In this document: piece by piece, positions 1 to 64,000 of the stretch
Position numbering within the stretch: position 1 is the stretch's first letter
Layout: each line of letters starts with the position of its first letter
NCBI RefSeq assembly: GCF_009914755.1
Contig: NC_060944.1
Reading direction: 5' to 3' (one strand)
Origin: the human T2T-CHM13v2.0 reference genome, Homo sapiens
Length of the DNA stretch: 64,000 bases
The notes under the pieces: model-generated
What the model was told of the DNA's origin: nothing
Databases searched by the model: none
The model's input: only the letters and a program-made list of their open reading frames with translations
Made by a program: the position numbers and the translations under genes

Positions 1-13381
<13,381 letters not shown>

Positions 13382-13667
13382 CTGTCATTGGAGCGGTGGG
13401 CACTGTTAAGAAGCAGCCATCACATGATCTGTTTTTCACCACTTCACTGAAAGACACCATTTATATACCCAAGGGCAGAAAGTAGAACTTACTATTCATT
13501 AAATGTTTGACACAATTGGAATTGTCTTTAATTTCTGTCAGAATGCTATTGAAAATGTGAATTGCATGACTTGTAGCATATTCTTTTCTGCAAAATAGAC
13601 ATATTAACATGCTTATGACAATGACTGTGCTACTGTCTTTGGAAAAATGTTTGTCTCAGTTGGAAAT

Positions 13668-13673
13668 AATAAA
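13668..13673 (+). terminator. CHGB polyadenylation signal AATAAA
   Basis: AATAAA about 290 nt after the stop codon, with a T/GT-rich stretch downstream. Confidence 0.85.
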
Positions 13674-14134
13674 AGATTCACCTGAGACCAAAAGCTTCAT
13701 TGTTCTCAGCTTCTTTTGGGCAAAGAGAGAGGTGTGTGACTTTTCAAATCTATTCTTTGAAGTAAATTGCAAAAGATGGCCCTCGGATTTGTTGGGTTTT
13801 GGATGCATAATAGAATAAAAAAGCAAACCTTTTGAAGTAATGTGCAGGATATAAAGAGAAATAGATTAGAAAAAGACATCTACTCCCCCATGCTGAGAGA
13901 GATTACAGGGGCTTGAAGAACCTGTTTCAAAAACAATCATAAGATATTACTTTAAAAATTCCTTTATCTAAAGAGCTCTACAAGTAGCCAGCCAAAGTTC
14001 ATTTTTCAGGGCTGAGAAGAAAGCTTGGATAATGGGAAGAATTCCGGGGTGGGAGTGAAAACATCTGGATTGTCAAGACAGATCCCTGGCCCCTCAGATC
14101 TTGTCTGATTTCTACTCCTTAAGAAGATAGAGGC

Positions 14135-14787
<653 letters not shown>

Positions 14788-15149
14788 GGTAGAGCTTTTA
14801 CTCTGCTGACTCTGTTACTAAGTAGCTCTGACTTTGGGCAAGTTACTTTTCCTCTCTGAACCTCAAGATCATCAATGAAATAAGATATTTGTCTCATTGA
14901 GTTGTTACAAGGATGATAGAGTTGATGCAAAACAGAGCAGTGCCTGGTGTATATCAACGGCATAGGAAGTGTTAGCTGCTGCCGTAATCATTCTTGCAGC
15001 TTCTTAGGACAATACAGTTGGACAATTCCCCTTCTCCCTTTTTTTACCTGTCATTTAATTCCTCACCCTTGGTGGCTTCTACTTGGTTGATTTCTACTGT
15101 TTTCACAGTTTTGGTAAAGAGTTATTCTCTGGAAGGTGGTGCAGAAGAG

Positions 15150-17870
<2,721 letters not shown>

Positions 17871-18254
17871 GAGGCAAAAATAAGACTTAAAATCACGTAG
17901 GACTTTTATCCATCAAGGAAGACCTGGTTCTCCTCCTCTTGGCTAAGTCAAGAATTGCCTGTGCTACTTAACCAGATTCTTTTTAGATGAACTCTCTGTG
18001 ACATACTTTTCCAGGAGCATTGCTGCTTCGTCATATGGGGAGCCCATCAGTGCTATAAATCTGATGGCAAATTTTTCTAAACCTGGACACACACTTCTAG
18101 AAGGTTTCTTGCTATCTCTCTGCCTGCATTTTTTTTTTTTCTGGCCATGGGATTGTGACTGCCTGTTTGTAAAGGGCAGTGATGGGGGTGTGAGGAGGGG
18201 AAGGCTGCTGGAGGAGGTAGCTCTTATAGTGGACAAGGGGGGTTGGTAAATACA

Positions 18255-18740
18255 TACCATACTAGTTTTCTGGGGCTGCCATAACAAATCACCACAAAAC
18301 GGATGGCTTAAAACAAGAGAAATTTATTCTCTTACAGTTTTGGAGGCCAGAAGTCCAAAATCAAGGTGCTGGCAAGGCCATGCTCCCTTCAAAGCCTGTA
18401 GAGGAGGATCATTCCTTGCTTCTTCCTGGTTTCTTGCTTCATCCTTGCTTCTTCATTCCTTGCTTCTTCCAGGCCTTCCTTGGCTTGTGGCAGCAGAGCT
18501 CCCACTGCCACCTCTGTCTGCACATGGGCACTCTCTCCCTGTGAGTCTGTCTGTTAACATGGTGTTCTTCATCAGGACACCAGTCATATTGAATTAAGGA
18601 CCCATCCTACTCCAGTATGACCTCATCTTAACTAATTACATCTGCAACCACCCTATTTTCAAGTCAGGTCACATTTACATGTATTAGGGGTTGGGACTTC
18701 AACATGTTTTTTTTCTGGGGACACAATTCAACCCATAATA
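18255..18740. mobile_element. MaLR LTR (MLT1C-like)
   Basis: GGGCTGCCATAACAAATCACCACAAAAC...GGAGGCCAGAAGTCCAAAATCAAGGTG...GGACACAATTCAACCCATAA. Confidence 0.8.
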
Positions 18741-19671
18741 AAGCAGGCCAGCACCCACCCCCCTCAGGTGGAGAGACACTGAGGCACATATTCTGCACTG
18801 CCTCCCAGACTTCCTCTGTGGATCATGCCCCAGGTGCCACAGCAGTGACCTGCCCAATAATGCAGCCTTTATTGGCTGCCTTTACCTTTTCCACTGCCCA
18901 CTGGTGACCCTGCTGGTGTTTCCTGGGATCATCTCTCATATAAACTGCTTGTTTTCAAATACTTGTCTCAGGGTTTGCTCCTGGGGGACCCTGACCTAAG
19001 AAACTATCCAAAGTCAAGGCTTATATTATGCCAAATAGTATACCTGCACTTGCAACCCCTTGTCTTAATATATCCTGATACAAGATACTGGGAAATGCTC
19101 AGCATGTACTCACATGCACAGAGTACAATGTCTCTTCCTTTTTTCCTATCACAGCCCAGCAGAAAACAAAATCCTTTCCTAAAGAGAGATTCAGGGGCCC
19201 AAGGTGAAAAATGATTTACTGTCTATAGGAGAGAAAATAAAACCCAGCAATACACCAAATGCCAGCCTGGCAAATCTCACACACACACACACACACTCAC
19301 ACACTGGGCACTGCTCACGAGGAAAGCTGCTGGAAGCTAGAGTGCAATGCATATGGCACCCCCCAGCTTCCCCCTGGCATCTGCCTTGTTGAGGTTCTGC
19401 ACATTAGTACATCTTTTCATTTTAGTTTGCAAACACCCCAGGGGAGGGAAACGTGAAGGTGTAGATGGTCTATCAAAGATGAAGGAGACATCCAAGAGAA
19501 TCCCACCCAATACGTGCTGCTCAGACGGTACAATTAGGATCTTGGGGATGTCACCATTTCTTCAGGAAGAAGTGAAGAACAATCTAGTCCACTGTTTTTC
19601 CCACTTTTAATCAAAATAATTTATGTCCATTGTAAAAACATTAAGTAGTCCTGAAAGGCTTATAAATGAGG

Positions 19672-20096
19672 ATTATGGGTTGAATTTTGTCCCCAAAATG
19701 AAGAAGTCTTAACCACTGGCACCCATGAATGTGACCTTATTTGGAAATCAGGTCTCCGCAGTTAAGATGGGGTCATTAGAGTTTCTAGTATTATTGGTGT
19801 CCTTACAAGAAGACGGAAATTCAGAGACAAACACACACACAGAGGAGAATACCATGTGGAGACAGAGGCAGAGACTGGAGCTATGCCTCTTCAAGCCAAG
19901 AAATGCCTGGGTTACCAGATTTTTCTGGTACGGTCAAGGAAGGATTCTGCCCTAGAACTGTCAGAGGGAACACTGCCTCTGCCAACAATTCAGTTTCAGA
20001 CTTCTGGCCTCCAGATATGCAATAGAATACTTTTCTGTTGTTTTAAGCCACTCAGCTTGTGGCACATTGTTATGGCAGCCCTAGGTATCTAATACA
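19672..20096. mobile_element. MaLR LTR (MLT1B/C-like), opposite orientation to the previous one
   Basis: TTATGGGTTGAATTTTGTCCCC...GTGACCTTATTTGGAAAT...GCAGCCCTAGGTATCTAATACA. Confidence 0.8.
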
Positions 20097-20226
20097 ATGA
20101 GAAACAATGGCCTCAGTGCCCCATCCTCCAAATCTGTGTGCAGATGCAGCCACCTGTAATTTAACTTTTAGATTTATTTTCTTATTTGAATATATTGTCA
20201 TGATTTATAATATCATGACAAGTTTA

Positions 20227-22640
<2,414 letters not shown>

Positions 22641-22754
22641 CTGTCCATTGTTGCTTGCTGCCCACACCAAACCTGCTTCCCACTGTGGCTGCTCCAAAGG
22701 GCTGCTCTCCCGTTTCCACCAGTGCCACAATCCGTCTCATCACGCCACTGAAAT

Positions 22755-23070
22755 CAGTGATCAGCAAAGTTTTTCACAAAGGCCCAGAGAGCGTGTATTT
22801 TAGGCTTTGAGACCATATGGGCTCTATCACAATTATTCAACTTTGCCACAGTGTGAAAGCAGCCATTGACAATACATAAACAAATTGAGAGTGGCTGCGT
22901 TCCAATAAAACTTCAGTTTGAATTTCATGTAATTTTCCCATGTCACAAATTTATTTTATTTTTTATTTTTATTTTTTTTACTTTTCCGCTTCAACCACTT
23001 AAAAATGTAAAAATCTTTCGTTACAGGCCATACAAAAAACTTGTAGTGGGCCAGATTTGCTGCCCGCTGA
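22755..23070. mobile_element. MER58B-like hAT DNA transposon
   Basis: CAGCAAAGTTTTTC...AAAGCAGCCATTGACAATACATAAAC...GTTCCAATAAAACTT...GGGCCAGATTTG. Confidence 0.75.
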
Positions 23071-23131
23071 TTTAAATTAATCATATTCTTTCTTATTTTT
23101 ATCTCCTTTCTTGAATCTGTCACCATATGAC

Positions 23132-23431
<300 letters not shown>

Positions 23432-25132
23432 TATATAATTATTTAATTTAATTTAATCTAGTTTATAGCTCCTATTTTGTGTCACTCACAGGTGACAGGA
23501 GAGCACTGAGAGGTCACTACCCACCTAAGCATTTGATTAAGGAAAAGTATTCCCAAAAGGCAAAAGAATGCCTGCTATCATTTCCCCTGGATTAATTTCT
23601 CCACTCTTTAAAGTTTGTTGGCTTAGAATTATAACACTATGTAGACCAAACATCCAACAGATTGACCTACCCCTCTTTCAAAACAAAATATCCACAGCAC
23701 CTTGTTACCTGTCAAAGCAAAAATGAAATGTCAAAATCTTTCCAGTCTTGTTTTAATGATATCTCAGCTAAGAGTAAAAAAAAAAAAAAACAAAAACAAA
23801 AAAGCCCCAGGTTATTAATAGAACTGTAAAAAGGGCCTTCCAAAAGGAGTGGGTAGAGTATGATATTCATTTCCTATGCTTCAAAGATCTTGCCCTTTCT
23901 CATAAAAACTCAGATAGCTGTGGGTGCCTAGTAAAGGTTAATACGGTAGTTGAAAGGTTACTGGTTGCTTTTTAAGTAGCTATTCAGGGACTTACCTCTC
24001 TCACCATCTGACCTGTGCTACATAGTTAAGTTCAAGGAAAATTATAATCCTTTTTACAAAAATTAATACTAGCCTAGAGGCAACATCATATTTCAAGTTA
24101 TTAGATACACTCTGTTCCTTTCTAGCACTGCACTTAAAGGCATTACAAAATCAGGATAAAGTGAATCCTGATCATGGATTTTTAGGACATGCGTTTTAGT
24201 ATTTAGTACTGTTCTTGCAATACTTACAACCAACACTTTAAAACAACATGCAAACACTCCATTTTTTTTTCCCAAAGCTTCACTATGTATTGAGAAAAGG
24301 CTATTTTTGGCTTTTCAATATACAACCAATGCATGAATGATTGCTCAGTATTTGCTTCATACAATTTGAGTGTACCTTTAAGCTAAAAAATGCCCTGTAA
24401 TGGGTGCCATGCTATATTGCCAAGTACCCTAGTCCAGTGGAGGAACAGGATGGATGTTACAGAATGATTTTTGTCTTTGACTTCTTGATTGCCATTCATT
24501 AAAGTGCTATTCTACATAACTCCTCTGGTGGCTGGATGTCCAAAAATCATAAAATTATCCGTTCATCTGCTCCAAAGGTGAATGTCCATTTTAAACACAA
24601 GACAAAAACATCCTGTATTTAGCTGTACCCATGATGTGCATGCACACAGTCGTGGTTCCCAGTGGGCGGTTCCTGGACCAACAGCACCAATATCACCTGG
24701 AAACTACTTGAAATGCAAATGCTCTGTACCACTCCAGAAGTACTGAAATCTTATTCTGTGGGGTGGAGGGCCCAGTGGCCTCTGCTTACCAAGCCCTCCA
24801 GGGGAATCTAAGTTTTCCAATGCTAAGTTTGCAAACCACAGAATTCAATCATCTGTACGCAGATTAAGTAAACTATATGAATGAGAAAAAAAAAAAATAC
24901 AGATTAACTTATGCTGTTGGCATTGGTAAGATGAGTTCACAAGGTAACATGAGCATGCAGGGCCTTGGTAGCTCAGACCCCAGACCCCTTGCTCAAGAAA
25001 CTCAAGAGAAAAGATTTAGGGAACGGAATGCAACTTGCAAACCAGTAACCAGGAGACCAGCCACTACTGATTCTAATCTATGCAGTTTTCTGTTCTCCTT
25101 GTCCAAACTTGATTAGCTACATGTGTGTGTGA

Positions 25133-25568
<436 letters not shown>

Positions 25569-25575
25569 CGACATT

Positions 25576-25588
25576 TTTATTCTTTAAT
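25576..25588 (-). terminator. TRMT6 distal poly(A) signal cluster (ATTAAA plus AATAAA)
   Basis: TTTAAT at 25583-25588 and TTTATT at 25576-25581, immediately before an Alu head. Confidence 0.55.
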
Positions 25589-26220
25589 AGCAATTAGGAT
25601 AAAGGACTCAAAATTGTACTTAGTAATCACATTGGCATAGCACATGCTATTTGGAAAAAAAATTTTTTTTCTGAGATGTTCCTTGCTGTATGATACAGGC
25701 CTATTCTATGACAGGAGCAACGCAAACGATGACCATGTTCCAGTGAGCAAGACTCAATCTCTCAAATGAACAAGAGCCTTGGCTGATTCTAAACACTTTC
25801 TTTGCTACAGCACATGATCAAATGATTAGAGTTTTTCAGAGCTTAGAAAGGGTAACCATCTAATCATGACAGAGTTCTTCAGCATTAATAATCAAGAAAG
25901 GCACTTTAGGGACATTTGACAAGGAATGACACTAATACAATGAGAACTGGTCTAAGTCCTGCACAAGACTTTGATACAGTTCAAATAGACTGCACACTCT
26001 TTCTGTCCCCATGTGTACATACATATTCATACAGGTGGTACAATCTATGTCTCCACTTGCATGTGTATGTATATATCTATGTATATATAAATATATGTGT
26101 GTATATATACCAACATCTATATACATATGTGTGTGTGTGCAAATGTGTATCCATAAGACCATAGAGGGGGAAAAGACATTTGTTTCCTTTAATTGAATAG
26201 TACACAAAAATTCTAGTCAC

Positions 26221-26226
26221 TTTATT
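26221..26226 (-). terminator. TRMT6 proximal poly(A) signal AATAAA
   Basis: TTTATT on the + strand, about 645 nt past the stop codon. Confidence 0.65.
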
Positions 26227-26869
26227 TAGAACAAAGAATAAGAGTATTGGCAAATTAATGCAAAAAAGTACCCTACTAAACCTTTCTATGCACAAAAAAG
26301 AGCAGTAAAATAAATACTCAGAACTTTCCCAGGTTGTCAACTATTAAAATAAAACCTCAGCATTTCAAAAAAGCTTATTCCGCTGCAGGAAAGAAGGTGG
26401 ACATTTTTGGTACCATAATAAATCACACACTCACACATCCATATTGCTTAGGTTGAAGAGAACGGAATGAACAGAGGAAATTTCTTCCATGAATTGCCCT
26501 CCTTTCGGTACCCGCCATGTTTTAGTTACGTTGTATTATTCCACTTAGCTTAAAATATAAAGTCTTGTAGAAACACATTTTTAGGATGTTGAAGTTCTCA
26601 AGATATTTGCACAGAATATTTAGAAGTACTTAGAGGAGTTTTGTTAAATGCAGTTGGTCATACTACATACCCCATGGTTGCAGTTTTGACAGACCAAATG
26701 CATCTGTGTCAGAAATAGACAAAAGGCATATACTCCTCCTTCCTAGAAACGGGTACATAGACATGTTCTTATTCTTGGGATATGAAAAAACAAGTAGTAA
26801 TGGCATTTAAAGTTTAATTACTAACTGTATAATGCCTGAGAACAAAATTCAGAGCAATTCTCAAAAGGG

Positions 26870-38740
<11,871 letters not shown>

Positions 38741-38989
38741 GACGCTCAGCCGGTCGCCGTGCTCCACGGCGTCCCGCCCCTCCTCCTCGGTTGTCGCCAC
38801 CGCCAGCCTCACTTCCCACAACCTGGCGCACTAGGAGCCCTCCGACCGGCACCGCCCCCACGTGTTGCACGCCGCTTCCGCTTTCCGGCCCAGACCTCAA
38901 GACCGCTTCCGGAAGCCTCTCGGCTTCCGTCTGGCCAAACTCCTTGATTGGCTGCACTCCGCCCCGCCCCTCTCGTCTTGCCGCTTCTT

Positions 38990-39358
38990 TGAGCGGAAGT
39001 TGGATCACTGAAGCGCCAAAAAAGAATTTAGGGGAAGACCTGATTTTCGCTTGAGGCATTTTTGCGGCGCTGTGCGCTACAGACACCTTCTGGAAGCTGC
39101 GGTGGGGAAACTGAGTTTCCCGAGCCGTTGAGACAGATGGGGTTCAGCACCGCGCGGGGACGACAGGAAAGCTGCGGCTGAAGAGAACTGCGGACTTGGC
39201 AGGAGTCGCCTGAGGAGCTAAGATCCCGGAGACTCTTAGCCCCGTGGTGCTTCTCTACGGGAGGGAGGGAGGGAGAATCCGGCCGGACAGATCTGCGCGT
39301 ATCCTGGAGCCGGCCCAGTTGTGAACTAGGAGAGCTTTGGGACCTCTGTCCCAAGCAA
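38990..39358 (+). other. MCM8: MCM8 non-coding exon 1 (start approximate)
   Basis: Lies in the CpG island; ends at donor CAA|GTAAGA (39359); next acceptor precedes the ATG exon. Confidence 0.7.
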
Positions 39359-40350
39359 GTAAGAACTTTAGCCTTAGGAGATGTAAATAAAGTAGTATTT
39401 GAAGAAGCACAGGTACCCAACTGTTTCTTTTTACTCTTTCTCCAGTCCTACTTCTTAACGTTTTTTTGAATTTGTTACTGTTCTCAGCATATTGTCTCGT
39501 TTGAGAAGGGTATGGCACGCAGCGTTGTTGAAGGAGCGCCTCAGCTTGGGAGGCTGAAAGTTTTATCTCTGTACTGTCGACAAACAACTTTGATCTTGAT
39601 CGGTTTGCTTAATTTCTTTGAGCATCAGTTTCATAATGTGTAATGCCTAATTATTGGAGCCCTGTCATGCCGTTAAATCGTGAACTTTCTAGTTACTATC
39701 TTGTTTTATTAACTAAACCCCTTTTAAGTAAGGATTTGGGTAGAGTATTTGATAATGAATTGCACTGCAGCGTACAGGTATATCTTTATTTACTTGTATA
39801 CTTAGGATATGAATCATTTTTAAGTAGACGTGTATTTTATAAGAACAGTTTTGGATTTACAGAAAAACTGCACAAAAAATGGATGTGACACTGCAGGATT
39901 GACTGTATGTAAGAAGCTATGATGATGTATCCCTAGTGTCTCACAGGCCAGAATTATGTTCATCCTGTCCTGCCCTATAATAAGAAGTCTCAAATACTGC
40001 AAATAAGTTTTCATAGAGTTAATTACCTGTCCTATTTTCATTTCTGTAATGGGGACTTGTAAACAGGTACAGTACCTGTCCTTATTTTTAACCTGTGAGC
40101 GTCTAGTATACGTAAACCATATTTAATAGTTATTAAACTATTATGGTATACCTTAAAAAGCGATAGAGATTAGAAACTTAACTGCAGAATATTTGGGTCT
40201 TGTATCATAGCTGTACAACTTTGCAAGCCTGTTTGCTACTCTTGAACCTAGAATACATTAATTTTTCCCTTTTTATTAATACATTTTTAAGAGCACTATT
40301 TTCCTTACAGTTTTGGTGAAGACCTTTTTAATATCTATCTTTTAGGAGAG

Positions 40351-61508
<21,158 letters not shown>

Positions 61509-61957
61509 GTAGACAATCAGTCATTTAGTGTTTGTTCTTTTGCTTGTAAAATGCGTTAATAATTCACAAGTGAATTTTCTCAAAGCATGTAGTGTGTGTG
61601 TTCCAGAGGACATGGTTAGGTGGCGTAAATGAATTGGAATTTGTGTGAGTAATATGTAACTTATATCTGACCATATTTTTAAATTGAGCCAGTCTCCTGT
61701 TACAGAGGCTGTACAAACATCTTGGTCTGTTGAGACATCAACTATTAGGAAATATTAACCATTTCTCTAACCATTGTTTTGCTAGTCTTTGTTGTTGTTA
61801 GTTGTTATGTGACCTCACCTATGAACAGAATAGTTCAGGGGAGTTAAAGCAGGGTCACCTATTCTCCCTCATACAAGTACATAAACACTGTATTGGGCTT
61901 TAAGAACAGTCTGCTAAAGGTGTGGGATCTGTCTGTATATATCTCCACTGCTTGTGA

Positions 61958-62740
<783 letters not shown>

Positions 62741-63289
62741 CTGTGCTTTCTAAAAATGCCTGTGGCCCCCTTCTTCACTCGATGTGGAAAATTGACCAGG
62801 GCTTCTCTGGCCCTTTAGTAAGTTGTAGTAGTATGGCTCCTAAATCTTTTTCCAAGGATTGGGATCCTGGCTGCACATCTTAATTACTTTTGGAGCTCTT
62901 TGAAAATACCATAGCCCACTGCAAGCCAATTGAGTTAAGAGTTTCTAAGTTAGGGTCCTAGTGTCTATATGTGTACAACAGTCCACAGATGATTCTAATA
63001 TGCAGCCAGCCTTGAGAACTGCTTTGATCTTGTCATTACATTATAAACCCACTGTCCTTCATATCTGAGTCATCCTTTATTGCCTGTGGTTGAGTGTTAA
63101 ACCAGTCATTTTAATTCCTAGATATTATTATAATTCCATAGATATTTCATCTATGTTTGGTTCCTTTTGGCCATCTGGGGCTACTTTTTAAAAAATAAAT
63201 TCTGTTCTGAGACCTCGCTACAATGTAGCCTGACAACAGAGGCTCAGGGTACCCCTTACAGGTGAAACAAAGCTCATCATGAACAGGAA

Positions 63290-63590
63290 TCTGGGTGCAG
63301 TGGCTTACGCCTGTAATCCTAACACTTTGGGAGGCCAAGTCGGAAGGATTACTTGAGGCCTGGAGTTCAAGACCAGCCTGTGCAACAAAGTGAGACCCTA
63401 TCTCTACAAAAAAGAAAACAATTAGCTGGGCATGGTGGCGCACACCTGTAGTCCCTGCTACTCCGGAGGCTGCAGCAGGATGATTGCTTGAGCCTAGAAG
63501 TTGGAGAATGCAGGGAGCCATCGTTATGCAACTGTACCCCAGCCTGGGCAATAGAGCAAGACCCTGTCTTTAAAAAAAAAAAAAAAGAAA
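63290..63590 (+). mobile_element. AluJ
   Basis: Diverged dimer with A tail. Confidence 0.88.
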
Positions 63591-63730
63591 ACATTATGTT
63601 TAGAATATGTAGGAAAAGATGCAAGTGGGGATCTGAATTGTTACAGCTTTCTTTTCTGTCTTTTGTGTGGTATACCTGTTCGTGTGTGTAACTTTGGAAT
63701 TAGTGAATTATAGGTGGGAGCCTGTTTTAA

Positions 63731-64000
<270 letters not shown>

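Overview
Human genomic DNA that I recognise as the 20p12.3 CHGB-TRMT6-MCM8 locus, based on translated exon sequences. I assembled exon-intron structures by hand from GT/AG boundaries and phase continuity. It contains: (1) CHGB (chromogranin B, + strand), from the last 13 nt of exon 1 through exon 5 and the poly(A) signal; (2) a 5'-truncated processed KANK1 pseudogene (- strand) with poly(A) tail and a 12-bp TSD, inserted into an ERV LTR; (3) complete TRMT6 (- strand, 11 coding exons, 497 aa); (4) a CpG-island bidirectional promoter with ETS, CCAAT, GC-box and E2F motifs; (5) MCM8 (+ strand), exons 1-12, running off the window after the Walker A exon; (6) a full-length Y1 RNA pseudogene; (7) about 35 Alu/FLAM elements, including a near-consensus AluYb8, plus LTR, L1, L2, MIR and DNA-transposon relics. 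Almost all short ORFs in the supplied track are Alu or antisense artefacts. I see no evidence of a wholly new gene system. The strongest signals are an in-frame Alu-derived MCM8 exon that is frame-compatible only as a mutually exclusive alternative to the 31-nt exon 11, a weak GAG acceptor on the MCM8 Walker A exon, and a sense-oriented intronic LTR that has lost its TATA/poly(A) segment. Repeat subfamily names come from recalled consensus sequences and need RepeatMasker/Dfam confirmation.
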